Shown here piece after piece: positions 1 to 9,597 of a stretch of 49,859 nucleotides of DNA; the stretch's first letter is position 1, and each line of letters opens with the position of its first letter. The stretch is from Patescibacteria group bacterium (GTDB lineage: Bacteria > Patescibacteriota > Minisyncoccia > Phycocordibacterales > UBA9973): the NCBI GenBank assembly GCA_018816985.1, contig JAHIVA010000003.1, forward strand, positions 1 through 49,859, read 5' to 3'. The notes beneath the pieces were generated by a model, which had not been told where the DNA came from, did not search any database, and saw nothing but the letters and a program-made list of their open reading frames with translations. The position numbers were made by a program, and so were the translations under genes.

Positions 1-1
1 A

Positions 2-118
2 ATAAAATCTATTGGCCTGCCTAAGAAACAACTCTCTACTTCTTGTTTTACGGGTATTTACCCCATTGATTTAAAAGAACGCAAAAATGAGGTAAGTTAT
101 GATGTCCCAAACAAATAA
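2..118 (+). CDS. purF: Amidophosphoribosyltransferase, C-terminal fragment (5' part outside window)
   Basis: Frame from base 2 reads IKSIGLPKKQLSTSCFTGIYPIDL..., matching the PurF C-terminal xCFTGxYP motif. It overlaps the purN start and is absent from the ORF track. Confidence 0.85.
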   Translation: MKSIGLPKKQLSTSCFTGIYPIDLKERKNEVSYDVPNK

Positions 119-659
119 AATAAAATTGGTTCTTTTAGTTCACGAAGGGAGTGCTCAAACCAACCTCAAAGCAATCGGGAATGCAATTTATAAAAATAAA
201 ATAAATGCTGAAATTTCTGCAGTAATTTCTAGAAAAGAAGATACCCTGTCAACAATAGAGAGAATATTGCCAGATTATATATGTCTCTGTGGTTGGAAAA
301 AAACTATTCCCAATAAAGTGATAAAAAAATATAAAAATAAAATCTTAAATTTACATCCGGGCTTAATTCCAGATACATTAGATAAAAATGCAAAGAAAAT
401 AAGAAATCCAGACAACACAGAAGCTTTATGGAATAAAGGAATGTACGGCAATAGGGCAATTGCTAATTTTCTAGATAAAAAAGCTACTTTTGCTGGTTCT
501 TCTGTTCATTTTTTAACTTTAAATTTTGATTTCGGTCCGGTCTTGGGCAGAACTTTTGAACAAATTAAAACTGATGATACAATTGAATCTCTATATTTAA
601 GACTAAAGAAAAAAGAAAATGAATTGTATGTAAAAGTTTTAGAAAAATTAACCTCCTGA
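99..659 (+). CDS. purN: Phosphoribosylglycinamide formyltransferase (divergent)
   Basis: LCGW, ILNLHPGLIP, GSSVHF and DFGPV motifs of formyltransferases; purine cluster context. Confidence 0.88.
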   Translation: MMSQTNKIKLVLLVHEGSAQTNLKAIGNAIYKNKINAEISAVISRKEDTLSTIERILPDYICLCGWKKTIPNKVIKKYKNKILNLHPGLIPDTLDKNAKKIRNPDNTEALWNKGMYGNRAIANFLDKKATFAGSSVHFLTLNFDFGPVLGRTFEQIKTDDTIESLYLRLKKKENELYVKVLEKLTS

Positions 660-663
660 CCAA

Positions 664-686
664 TGTTCAACTCTCAGTGTTGAACA
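664..686. repeat. REP-like palindrome family A, copy 1
   Basis: TGTTCAAC-TCTCAGT-GTTGAACA, abutting the transposase stop codon. Confidence 0.9.
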
Positions 687-1352
687 CTACTCTAGTTCTT
701 CTTTTTCTTCTTTTAACATTTTTGAACCACTACTTTTAACAAAATCATGATATTCGTTTTTATCTTTGAATTGTTCAAGAACAATATCTAGGGCGAGAAG
801 TTTACCCCAACGATTTTCATTTACAAAATCCTGATAGCTTGAATACGTATATTTATTTTCTTTATTAGCCCACACAGCAATCTCTCTTGGATTTCTGTGA
901 ATATAAGCAGAAACATGGAGAAGTTGAGTGTTGTCTTTTATGTGTACTGCTTTATAAGGTCCCTGGAAAAGATGCCCAGATTTTTGATATTTTGTGTTGT
1001 AATATTTTGTATAGCCATTTAATATTCTTTGCATATACTGAGCAATGCCACCTTCTTTTTCTTCCTTAAGAATTAAATGAAAATGATTTTGCATTAAACA
1101 AAAGGAAACGAGTTCGACATAACAATCTTTGACTATTTTGTTTATAATTTCTTTATCAATGTTCAACACCGAGGGTTGAACAAGTCCCTTGGACAATCTA
1201 TTGATATTTGGAAAGGTAACAGGAGATTGAAAATAAAGAATAATAAAAAGAAAACGAAACCAATCATTGGTATCATGAAAAATAACTTGCTTTCTTGTAC
1301 CACGATTTAAAACATGATAATACTCTCCAGGGGCTATTTTTATATTTCTCAT
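687..1352 (-). mobile_element. REP-associated tyrosine (Y1 HUH) transposase, RAYT-like
   Basis: YYHVLNRG, CLMQNHFHL (HUH), GHLFQGPY, YIHRNP (catalytic Tyr), YSSY; flanked by palindromes. Confidence 0.9.
1160..1182. repeat. REP-like palindrome family A, copy 2, inside the transposase CDS
   Basis: TGTTCAAC-ACCGAGG-GTTGAACA, translated as LVQPSVLNI. Confidence 0.88.
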
Positions 1353-1380
1353 AAATAGATTATATATAAAACAGATAAAC

Positions 1381-1403
1381 TGTTCAACCCTCAGGGTTGA
1401 ACA
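1381..1403. repeat. REP-like palindrome family A, copy 3
   Basis: TGTTCAACCC-TCA-GGGTTGAACA upstream of the transposase. Confidence 0.9.
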
Positions 1404-1440
1404 CTTTGTTTTTTGTTGGTAATTTTGTTATTCTAATATC

Positions 1441-2202
1441 ATGTCCTCAAACCTTGAAGGTCCAAAAATTAGTTTCAAAAAACATACTGGAAAAGAAACT
1501 AGGGTTCAGATAATTAATGAAACTCAAATTAACCATGGAGATTTCGGAGAAGTGTTTGATACTTTAGTCGAAATTGGTGGACACAGAAAAAGATTTATAG
1601 TAAAAAAATATTTTGACTATCCAACAGATGCAATTGAAAAGCGTACTAAGGCTTCACCCCTTGGATGGTCAAAAATAAATGCTCAAACAGCGTTTAAAAA
1701 CTATTCCTTAGCTCAAAAAGCTGGTTTAAAAGTATTCCCAACTTTTCGAATGGGTGAAGATAAAAAAAGCATATTGATGACTACGGGCTTTTTGGACAAT
1801 CAAATATGTGTGAGCAGTAATAATAAAATAACCGTAGTTGAATTAGGGCGCCCTTTAATAAAAGAAATGGGGGGAGAGATGTTAGACAAATTTTTGTCAA
1901 CTATTTTTACAGAAGGTTTAAAGGCCTCTCAGAAGCAGATAAGTTTACATTCTGATATGTTTTTCTTTATTTTAAGTAAAGATGAGCCAACAAAAATAGA
2001 TTTTGTTCTTGGTGATTTAGATAATTTAAGGAAAGAAGAAAAATTGATACCGACAGAAAGTATTAAATCAGATAATATGATAAATATAAAAAAAGCCTTA
2101 TACCACTTTTGTGAAAAAAATATTAATCGTAATTTTTCAAAAAAGTTTTTGGATAAAATTGAATATTATTATACACAAAATGTTTATAGAGATTTTAAAT
2201 AA
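1441..2202 (+). CDS. Hypothetical protein with protein-kinase-like motifs
   Basis: HGDFGEVF (Gly loop), FIVKK, LHSD and VLGDLD in kinase order. Confidence 0.55.
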   Translation: MSSNLEGPKISFKKHTGKETRVQIINETQINHGDFGEVFDTLVEIGGHRKRFIVKKYFDYPTDAIEKRTKASPLGWSKINAQTAFKNYSLAQKAGLKVFPTFRMGEDKKSILMTTGFLDNQICVSSNNKITVVELGRPLIKEMGGEMLDKFLSTIFTEGLKASQKQISLHSDMFFFILSKDEPTKIDFVLGDLDNLRKEEKLIPTESIKSDNMINIKKALYHFCEKNINRNFSKKFLDKIEYYYTQNVYRDFK

Positions 2203-2207
2203 TTTTT

Positions 2208-3521
2208 ATGCAAAAGCAAAAAATTTTAATAATAGGTAGCGGAGGTAGGGAACATGCTATTGGGTGGAAAGTAGCGCAGTCGCCTGACGTAGGGCAGATT
2301 TTTTTTGCGCCCGGAAATGGCGGTACTGGTAAAATTGGAATTAATGTGGACATAAAGGCAACTGATATTTTAGGGCTTTTGGAATTTGCCAAAAAAGAAA
2401 AAATAGATTTAACTCTCGCTCTGCCAGACGACCTGCTTGCCCTAGGAATAGTGGACGAATTTAAAAAAGCTGGTTTGCGAATCTGGGGACCAACTAAAAG
2501 TGCAGCCAAACTTGAATGGTCTAAAGCTTTTTCAAAGAATTTTATGAAAAAACACAAATTACCGACAGCTAAATTTGAGATTTTTACTGATTGTGAAAAA
2601 GCTAAAGAATATGTCCAAAAACAATCTTTCCCGATTGTGGTAAAAGCCAGCGGTCTAGCTCTTGGTAAGGGCGTAATTATTGCAAAAACAAAAGAAGAAG
2701 CTTTTAAGGCATTGGAAAATATTTTGGTTAAAAAAGTTTTTGGAAATTCTAATAATGAAGTTGTCATTGAAGAGTTCCTGGTTGGGCCAGAGATTTCGAT
2801 TCATATGTTTTCTGATGGAAAAAATTATAAAATGTTCCCGACCTCACAGGATCACAAAAAAATAGGGGAGAATGACATTGGATTAAATACTGGTGGCATG
2901 GGCACCATTGCCCCGTTGCCTTTTGTAAATAGCGAACTTTTTAAAAATATAGAAAAAGAAATTGTTGCCCAGACTATTCAAGCAATGCAAAAAGATAGCA
3001 ATTCTTTTTTAGGCGTACTCTACCCGGGATTAATCCTCACCCAAGATGGTCCAAAGATTCTTGAATACAATGCGCGTTTTGGTGATCCGGAAACGCAAAC
3101 ATATATGCGACTTTTAGAAACAGATATTTTGGATATTTTCAATGCTTGTATTGACGGCACCCTAGATAAACAAAAAATTGTCTGGAAAAAAGCAAGCGCT
3201 TGCACTGTCGTGTTGGCTTCGAGTGGTTATCCAGAAAATTATGAAAAAGGTAAAGTGATTTCAGGTATTGAAGAAGCCGAAAAAAATGCCGATATTGTTA
3301 TTTTCCACGCTGGCACAAAAATAGAAAAAAGTACAAGGCAAGACCTTGTACAAAACTTAATCACTAATGGTGGGCGAGTTTTGGGAGTTTCGGCTGTTGG
3401 AAATACTCTAGAAGAAGCACTGACGAAAGCCTATAAAGCCATAGAAAAAATTTCTTTTCAAGATATGTATTATCGCCACGACATCGGCCAGTCGGCTCTG
3501 AAAATAAGTAAAATAATTTAA
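2208..3521 (+). CDS. purD: Phosphoribosylamine-glycine ligase
   Basis: GSGGREHA, APGN, QDHK, NTGGMG, EYNARFGDPETQ, TNGGRVL. Confidence 0.98.
   Translation: MQKQKILIIGSGGREHAIGWKVAQSPDVGQIFFAPGNGGTGKIGINVDIKATDILGLLEFAKKEKIDLTLALPDDLLALGIVDEFKKAGLRIWGPTKSAAKLEWSKAFSKNFMKKHKLPTAKFEIFTDCEKAKEYVQKQSFPIVVKASGLALGKGVIIAKTKEEAFKALENILVKKVFGNSNNEVVIEEFLVGPEISIHMFSDGKNYKMFPTSQDHKKIGENDIGLNTGGMGTIAPLPFVNSELFKNIEKEIVAQTIQAMQKDSNSFLGVLYPGLILTQDGPKILEYNARFGDPETQTYMRLLETDILDIFNACIDGTLDKQKIVWKKASACTVVLASSGYPENYEKGKVISGIEEAEKNADIVIFHAGTKIEKSTRQDLVQNLITNGGRVLGVSAVGNTLEEALTKAYKAIEKISFQDMYYRHDIGQSALKISKII
3331..3351. repeat. 21-nt palindrome in-frame within purD
   Basis: GTACAAGG-CAAGA-CCTTGTAC, read as STRQDLVQ in an over-long HAGT-TNGG loop. 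Confidence 0.7.
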
Positions 3522-3578
3522 AAAAAAATTAAATTCCTTAATATATCATATATGGTAGGTTAAGAAAAAAACTAATTT

Positions 3579-4913
3579 TTATTTATCCCAATTGAAAAAT
3601 TGTTCTCGGTCGGGACCAGTGCCGACAGAGATGATTTTGACATTCAAATCGGAAAGTTTATTTTTTATATATTTTAAATACGCGGAAAGTTCTTTGGAAA
3701 CTTTTTGCTTATTGTTAACGCCAAAATTAGCTTCACCCCAGCCGGGCATTTCCTCCGTCTGTACACTCATTACTTGGCTTAATTGAAGTGGAAATTCTTT
3801 TAACACTTTTCCTTGGTGTTTGTATCCCGTAACCACTTTGATTTTATTACTTAGGCAAATATCTGCTTTGTTGATAAAAATTTTATTGGCACCCGAAAGG
3901 GTAATGGCATAACGAAGCGCAAACAAATCAAGCCAGCCACACATTCGAGGACGCCCGGTGGTTGCTCCAAATTCTTGCCCAGCCTTTTGAAAAAGTTTTT
4001 CTAGAGTTTCGTCTTTAATTCTAGCAGGAAAACTTCCACCACCCACTTTAGTAGTATAAGCTTTAATCACACCATAAATATTTTGCAAATAAGTGTGCGG
4101 TACGCCCAAACCGAGACAAACATTAGCTGGTAGGGTATTACTACTAGTCACGTTTGGGTAATCTCCAAAATCTATGTCCAGCATCACTCCTTGAGCACCT
4201 TCGGCTAAAATATTTTTTCCTTCTTTCAATCTTTTTTGAGTTAACGAAGATACATCACAAATCTGTAATTTTTTTAATTTTTTCAGAGCATCTTCCCATT
4301 TTTTCTTGGCTTCATTGATTTTTTTTATTGAATATTGAAAATTATATTTTTCTTTATACATTTTTAAAAAATTCATTTGAAAATCTAAAAGGTCGGATTT
4401 TTGTTTATTGAAATCCAGCAACAAAATATCTCCAATTAAAAGACCTCGGCGCGCCCTGGAATCAGCATAGCTGGGACCAATACCCTTGGCAGTGGTGCCC
4501 ACTTTTGTTCCCGACTTGCTTCTGCTATATTCTTCAGCCTGGTCTAAAAATGGGTGTAAGTATGAAACCAATTTCGCCCGATTGGAAATATAAAGACGAG
4601 GCTTAACATCAAAGCCTAAACTTTTTAGCTGAGATATTTCCGCAATTAATGATACAGCATCAACTACCACACCATTACCAATATATAATTCTGTGCCTTT
4701 CTGAAGGCAACCAGATGGGACAATGTGTCCAATAAAAGTAGTATCACCATACTTAAGGGTATGTCCTGCATTTGCTCCACCCTGGAAACGGGCAACTCCG
4801 GAATAAATTCTTGAAGATAATAACTGGTCTATATTTTTACCTTTTCCTTCATCTCCCCATTGAAGACCCACAACCACATCAATAAAACCTTTTTTGAGAA
4901 TTTTTTTTACCAT
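3579..4913 (-). CDS. purA: Adenylosuccinate synthetase
   Basis: QWGDEGKGK, GGANAGHT, GIGPSY, EGAQG, GATTGRPR. Confidence 0.98.
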   Translation of the reverse strand: MVKKILKKGFIDVVVGLQWGDEGKGKNIDQLLSSRIYSGVARFQGGANAGHTLKYGDTTFIGHIVPSGCLQKGTELYIGNGVVVDAVSLIAEISQLKSLGFDVKPRLYISNRAKLVSYLHPFLDQAEEYSRSKSGTKVGTTAKGIGPSYADSRARRGLLIGDILLLDFNKQKSDLLDFQMNFLKMYKEKYNFQYSIKKINEAKKKWEDALKKLKKLQICDVSSLTQKRLKEGKNILAEGAQGVMLDIDFGDYPNVTSSNTLPANVCLGLGVPHTYLQNIYGVIKAYTTKVGGGSFPARIKDETLEKLFQKAGQEFGATTGRPRMCGWLDLFALRYAITLSGANKIFINKADICLSNKIKVVTGYKHQGKVLKEFPLQLSQVMSVQTEEMPGWGEANFGVNNKQKVSKELSAYLKYIKNKLSDLNVKIISVGTGPDREQFFNWDK

Positions 4914-6394
4914 TATTTATCAAGACTATAATTAGGAGCTTCTTTGGTAATAATAACATCGTGGGGGTGATTTTCTTTTATGCCAGAGTTAGTAATTCTG
5001 ACAAATTTTGCTTTAGCTTGAAGAGTTTTTATATTTTTCGCTCCACAATATCCCATTCCAGCTCGAAGTCCACCCACTAACTGATAAATTACTTCTGCTA
5101 ATCCGCCTTTAAAAGAAACTCTCCCGACTATTCCTTCCGGTATAAGTTTTTTTATATCATCTTCTGTGTCTTGAAAATATCTATCTTTTGAACCAAGCTG
5201 CATAGCTTCAATCGAACCCATACCACGATAAGTTTTATATTTTCTAGATTCAAAAATAATCATTTCGCCAGGAGATTCTTCCACTCCAGCAAACAAAGAA
5301 CCAGCCATAATAGAACTTGCCCCAGCAGCAAGAGCCTTAGGAATGTCTCCTGTATATTTTATACCTCCATCAGCAATAATAGGTACTCCTGAGCCGGCAA
5401 TAGCTTGCGCAACCTCATAGACAGCAGAAAATTGGGGAAAACCCACACCAGCAATTATCCGAGTAGTACAAATAGAACCAGGACCAATTCCCACCTTAAT
5501 TGCATCAGCTCCGGCTTTGACCAGGTCTCGAGCTGCCTCTCCAGTGGCGATATTTCCCGCGATTACTTCCAGCTTTGGAAATTCCTTTTTTATTTTCTTG
5601 AGTATTTCTATTACTCCTTTAGAGTGTCCATGAGCCGTATCTATCACAACTACATCCACTCCATTTTTCTCTAGCGCTTCAACTCTTTTTACGGTATCTC
5701 CTGATACCCCTATCGCAGCACCAACACGTAAACGCCCCAAACTATCTCGAGAAGATTTCGGACGAGATTTTACTTTCATTATATCTTTATAGGTAATTAA
5801 TCCGATAAGCCTGTTTTGCTTATCAACTAACGGTAATTTTTCAACTTTATGCTCTGTTAGAATTTTTTCAGCTTCTTTTAAATCTGTACCAATACTTCCA
5901 AGTATTAAATTTTTCTTGGTCATAATTTCACTTACAGGAAGTTCAAAATTTTTTTGAAATCGTAAATCACGATTAGTTAAGATTCCTTTTAATTCCTTAT
6001 TTTTACCAACTATCGGAATTCCACCAATTTTATTATCCTTCATTAAGGCCATGGCTTCAGAAAGTAGAGCTTTTTCTGTTAGGGTTATTGGGTCGTGAAT
6101 CATCCCGCTTTCAGAACGTTTAACCTTGCGCACTTCATCTGCCTGTTTTTGGATACTTAAATTTTTATGGATAATCCCGATGCCTCCTTCTTGGGCCATT
6201 GCTATCGCCATCGCCGCTTCCGTAACCATATCCATGGCCGCTGAAATAATTGGAACGTGGAGGGTTATTTTTTTAGTCAGTTTAGAAGAAATATCAACCT
6301 CGCGAGGTAAAACTTCTGAATATTGGGGTATCAGCAAAACATCATCATAGGTAAGACCTTCTTTAAAATTTTCTCTCTGTGCTTTCAAAGCCAT
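4913..6394 (-). CDS. guaB: IMP dehydrogenase with CBS pair
   Basis: [33 protein letters not shown]. Confidence 0.98.
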   Translation of the reverse strand: MALKAQRENFKEGLTYDDVLLIPQYSEVLPREVDISSKLTKKITLHVPIISAAMDMVTEAAMAIAMAQEGGIGIIHKNLSIQKQADEVRKVKRSESGMIHDPITLTEKALLSEAMALMKDNKIGGIPIVGKNKELKGILTNRDLRFQKNFELPVSEIMTKKNLILGSIGTDLKEAEKILTEHKVEKLPLVDKQNRLIGLITYKDIMKVKSRPKSSRDSLGRLRVGAAIGVSGDTVKRVEALEKNGVDVVVIDTAHGHSKGVIEILKKIKKEFPKLEVIAGNIATGEAARDLVKAGADAIKVGIGPGSICTTRIIAGVGFPQFSAVYEVAQAIAGSGVPIIADGGIKYTGDIPKALAAGASSIMAGSLFAGVEESPGEMIIFESRKYKTYRGMGSIEAMQLGSKDRYFQDTEDDIKKLIPEGIVGRVSFKGGLAEVIYQLVGGLRAGMGYCGAKNIKTLQAKAKFVRITNSGIKENHPHDVIITKEAPNYSLDK

Positions 6395-6419
6395 AATATA
6401 TTATGTATACTACCATATT

Positions 6420-7943
6420 ATGAATAAGATACAAATACTAATAGTAGATTATGGGTCGCAATATACACTGGTTATTGGTCGGACATTGCGTGAACTCGGA
6501 GTGCGCAGTGTGATTTTGCCACCAGATAAAGCGGAAGATTGGATAAAAAATAATCTACCAAAAGCAGTCATTCTCTCTGGTAGTAATTGGAGCGTCCACA
6601 ATGAAGGAGCACCAGAGTTACCAAAGTCGCTTAATGTCACTGGTGTAAAATATCCAATTTTGGGTATTTGTTATGGAATGCAGTTGCTGGCCCATAAACT
6701 TAACGGCTTAGTTGAGCGCCCACTGGCCCATCGTGAATACGGACCAGCTAATGCAATATTAAATACAAATCATCCATTTTTTTATGGTGTCTCTAAAAAA
6801 ACTCAAGTTTGGGCCAGTCATGGAGATACTGTTGCAAAACTTCCAAAAGGTTTTATTTCCATCGCCACCTCTGGCGGAATAGCTGCCATGAGCAGTAAAA
6901 ATAATCGAGTATTGGGAATTCAGTTTCATCCCGAAGTCGTTAATACTAAAGAAGGTAAAAAAATATTGCAAAACTTTTTGAACATTTCTAATTGTCAGAA
7001 AGACTGGAACCCAATAAATTTAATTCATGAAATTCAAAAAGAAGTGACTGGCCTTGTCGGTAAAAAAAATGTTATCTTGGGCGTTTCTGGCGGAGTAGAT
7101 TCCACTACCTTGGCTGCTGTACTGGCTCCAATTTTTGGTAAAAGACTTATTTGTATAGCAATAGATACCGGCGGACTCAGAGCCAATGAATTGGAAGAAT
7201 TAAAAACAAATACAAAAAGTGCCGGAGTAAAAAATCTGATTATCATTAATACGAAAAAAGAATTTATAAAAAATATTGGTACAACAATTGATGGAGAAGA
7301 AAAACGCGCTAAATTTCGTAAAGTGTATCAAAAAATATTTAAAGAACAAATAAAAAAATACAAAGCCGGTTTTATGGTGCAGGGAACTCTAGCTACTGAT
7401 ATTATAGAAAGCGGAAAAGCAGGCAAGTCGGCTATGATAAAAACGCATCATAATGTGGGTCTTTCTTGGGAAGTGGAAGATTTACATCCATTTAGAAATT
7501 TATTTAAATATGAAGTTCGAGAACTTGCCCGAGCGCTCAAACTTCCAAAAGCTATATATGAACGTAATCCATTTCCAGGCCCGGGCTTGTTCTTGCGAAT
7601 CGTCGGCACATCAGTTTCTGAAGAAAATATTAAACTGGTACGGGAAGCAGACAAAACCGTTGCCAATATTTTGAAAAAGTATAAACTTACTAAAAATATT
7701 TCCCAGCTCATTGTGGCACTTTTGGGTATTAATTCTGTCGGAGTAAAAGGCGACGAACGTGTTTACGGCCATTCTCTAGCTATTCGAGCCGTGCAGACGG
7801 CAGATTTTATGACCGCCAAAGGTTATTATTTTCCCCAGGAAGTTGTAAATGAAATTACTAATGCGCTCACGAAGCATAAAAATATTGTCCGCGTATTTTT
7901 CGATATGACTCCCAAACCCCCAGCTACAACTGAGTTTGAGTAG
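6420..7943 (+). CDS. guaA: GMP synthase (glutamine-hydrolysing)
   Basis: DYGSQY, GICYGMQ, QFHPEV, SGGVDS, PFPGPG, KPPATTEFE. Confidence 0.98.
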   Translation: MNKIQILIVDYGSQYTLVIGRTLRELGVRSVILPPDKAEDWIKNNLPKAVILSGSNWSVHNEGAPELPKSLNVTGVKYPILGICYGMQLLAHKLNGLVERPLAHREYGPANAILNTNHPFFYGVSKKTQVWASHGDTVAKLPKGFISIATSGGIAAMSSKNNRVLGIQFHPEVVNTKEGKKILQNFLNISNCQKDWNPINLIHEIQKEVTGLVGKKNVILGVSGGVDSTTLAAVLAPIFGKRLICIAIDTGGLRANELEELKTNTKSAGVKNLIIINTKKEFIKNIGTTIDGEEKRAKFRKVYQKIFKEQIKKYKAGFMVQGTLATDIIESGKAGKSAMIKTHHNVGLSWEVEDLHPFRNLFKYEVRELARALKLPKAIYERNPFPGPGLFLRIVGTSVSEENIKLVREADKTVANILKKYKLTKNISQLIVALLGINSVGVKGDERVYGHSLAIRAVQTADFMTAKGYYFPQEVVNEITNALTKHKNIVRVFFDMTPKPPATTEFE

Positions 7944-7969
7944 AAATAAAATTATGCTAATATGACTTT

Positions 7970-9550
7970 ATGAAAATTCCCAAAAAAATCTCTAGCGCTT
8001 TAATTTCAGTTTTTAATAAAGATGGGCTAGAAGAAATTGTTAAACTTCTCGCTAGATACAAAGTAAAAATTATTTCTACTGGTGGTACGGCGGAGTTCAT
8101 TCGCAAATTAAAAATTCCAGTAACTGAAGTAGAAGCAATTACTAATTTTCCAGCAATTTTCGGGAGCAGAGTAAAGACACTACAGCCACAAATTTTTGGT
8201 GGGATTTTGAATCGTCGAGACAACAAAAAAGACCAAAAAGAAAAAGAAGAACACAAGATAGCCGATATTGATTTAGTTATCGTGGATCTTTATCCGTTTG
8301 AAGAAACTCTCGAGAAATATGGAAACGAACCCTCCTTCGCCAAGACTTCGAAAGGCGAGGCAGAAATTATTGAAAAAATAGATATTGGTGGAATAGCACT
8401 TATTCGAGCAGCCGCGAAAAATTTTAACGATGTGGTAGTTATTCCTTCTAAATACCAATATCAAGAATTAATTAAAATACTAAAAAAGAGTGCAAAAACT
8501 ACTTTGGAACAACGTAAAAAATTCGCTGGTCAAGCGTTTGAAGTAACTAGCATTTACGATACTGCTATTCGTGGATATTTTCAGGGTGTGTCAAAGGCGG
8601 GCTTTGACACGAGTATTAAACTTCGCTACGGGGAAAATCCGCACCAAGGAGGAAAATTTGTCGGCAACTTGTCCGAAATATTTTCTCAACTTAATGGCAA
8701 AGAACTTTCTTATAACAACCTTCTTGATACTGAAGCTGCTATCACAACCATTAGTGATTTTAAAGATCCCGCTTTCGCTATTATTAAACACCTGAATGCC
8801 TGCGGTTTAGCTGTTCGCAAAGAAGGAAAACTTTTAGATGCATATAAAGCCGCCTATAAAGCTGACCCACTTTCTGCCTTTGGTGGAGTGTTTGCTACTA
8901 ATAGAATCATTAAAGAAAATATTGCTAAATATATAAAAAAACAAAAGATTTTTTTAGAAGTAATTATTGCTCCAGATTTTACAAAAAAGGCTCTAGAAAT
9001 ATTAAAGGAGAAAAAAGATTGTCGAATTTTAAAGTGCTTGCCCGCCGAAGCCTTGGCGAAGGCGGGGCAAAATCCAATTCTACCTACCAAGCAAATTCGC
9101 ACTTGTTTTACGGGACTACTTGTTCAGGACAGAGATACTCACGTGGAAAATGAAAAAGATTTAAAAATTGTTACAAAAAGAAAACCTACCAAACAGGAAG
9201 AAAAAGATTTACTGATGGCCGCTATCGCCACTAAACATTTAAAATCTAATTCTGTGGCTCTGGTAAAAAACGGCACGCTTGTTTCTATGGGTTGTGGACA
9301 GACATCTCGCATTGATGCCCTAAAGCAGGCAATTGATAAAGCTAAAAAATTTGGATTTTCACTTAAAGGTGCCGTGCTTTCTTCGGAAGCTTTTTTTCCA
9401 TTTCCTGATTCTGTGGAGATGGCAGGGAAGGCAGGAGTAAGCGCCGTTATTCAACCCGGAGGTTCCAAGAACGACCAAGCTTCCATCGACATGGCTAATA
9501 AATACAAAATGGCTATGGTTACAACTGGTTTTCGGCATTTTAAGCATTAA
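7970..9550 (+). CDS. purH: AICAR transformylase / IMP cyclohydrolase
   Basis: ALISV, STGGT, IDIGG, AAAKN, RYGENPHQ, QPGGS, RHFKH. Confidence 0.98.
   Translation: MKIPKKISSALISVFNKDGLEEIVKLLARYKVKIISTGGTAEFIRKLKIPVTEVEAITNFPAIFGSRVKTLQPQIFGGILNRRDNKKDQKEKEEHKIADIDLVIVDLYPFEETLEKYGNEPSFAKTSKGEAEIIEKIDIGGIALIRAAAKNFNDVVVIPSKYQYQELIKILKKSAKTTLEQRKKFAGQAFEVTSIYDTAIRGYFQGVSKAGFDTSIKLRYGENPHQGGKFVGNLSEIFSQLNGKELSYNNLLDTEAAITTISDFKDPAFAIIKHLNACGLAVRKEGKLLDAYKAAYKADPLSAFGGVFATNRIIKENIAKYIKKQKIFLEVIIAPDFTKKALEILKEKKDCRILKCLPAEALAKAGQNPILPTKQIRTCFTGLLVQDRDTHVENEKDLKIVTKRKPTKQEEKDLLMAAIATKHLKSNSVALVKNGTLVSMGCGQTSRIDALKQAIDKAKKFGFSLKGAVLSSEAFFPFPDSVEMAGKAGVSAVIQPGGSKNDQASIDMANKYKMAMVTTGFRHFKH
8330..8359 (-). 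repeat. 30-nt hairpin element (family B) in-frame in purH, degenerate copy
   Basis: CCCTCCTTCGCCAAGACTTCGAAAGGCGAG = PSFAKTSKGE; 24/30 identical to the reverse complement of 9037-9066. Confidence 0.8.
9037..9066 (+). repeat. 30-nt hairpin element (family B) in-frame in purH
   Basis: CTTG-CCCGCC-GAAGCCTTGGCGAA-GGCGGG, a GC-rich island encoding LPAEALAKAG. Confidence 0.85.
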
Positions 9551-9597
9551 AATTATATTTTTGTTTTATATTAAAAAAATGATAAGATAAAATTACT

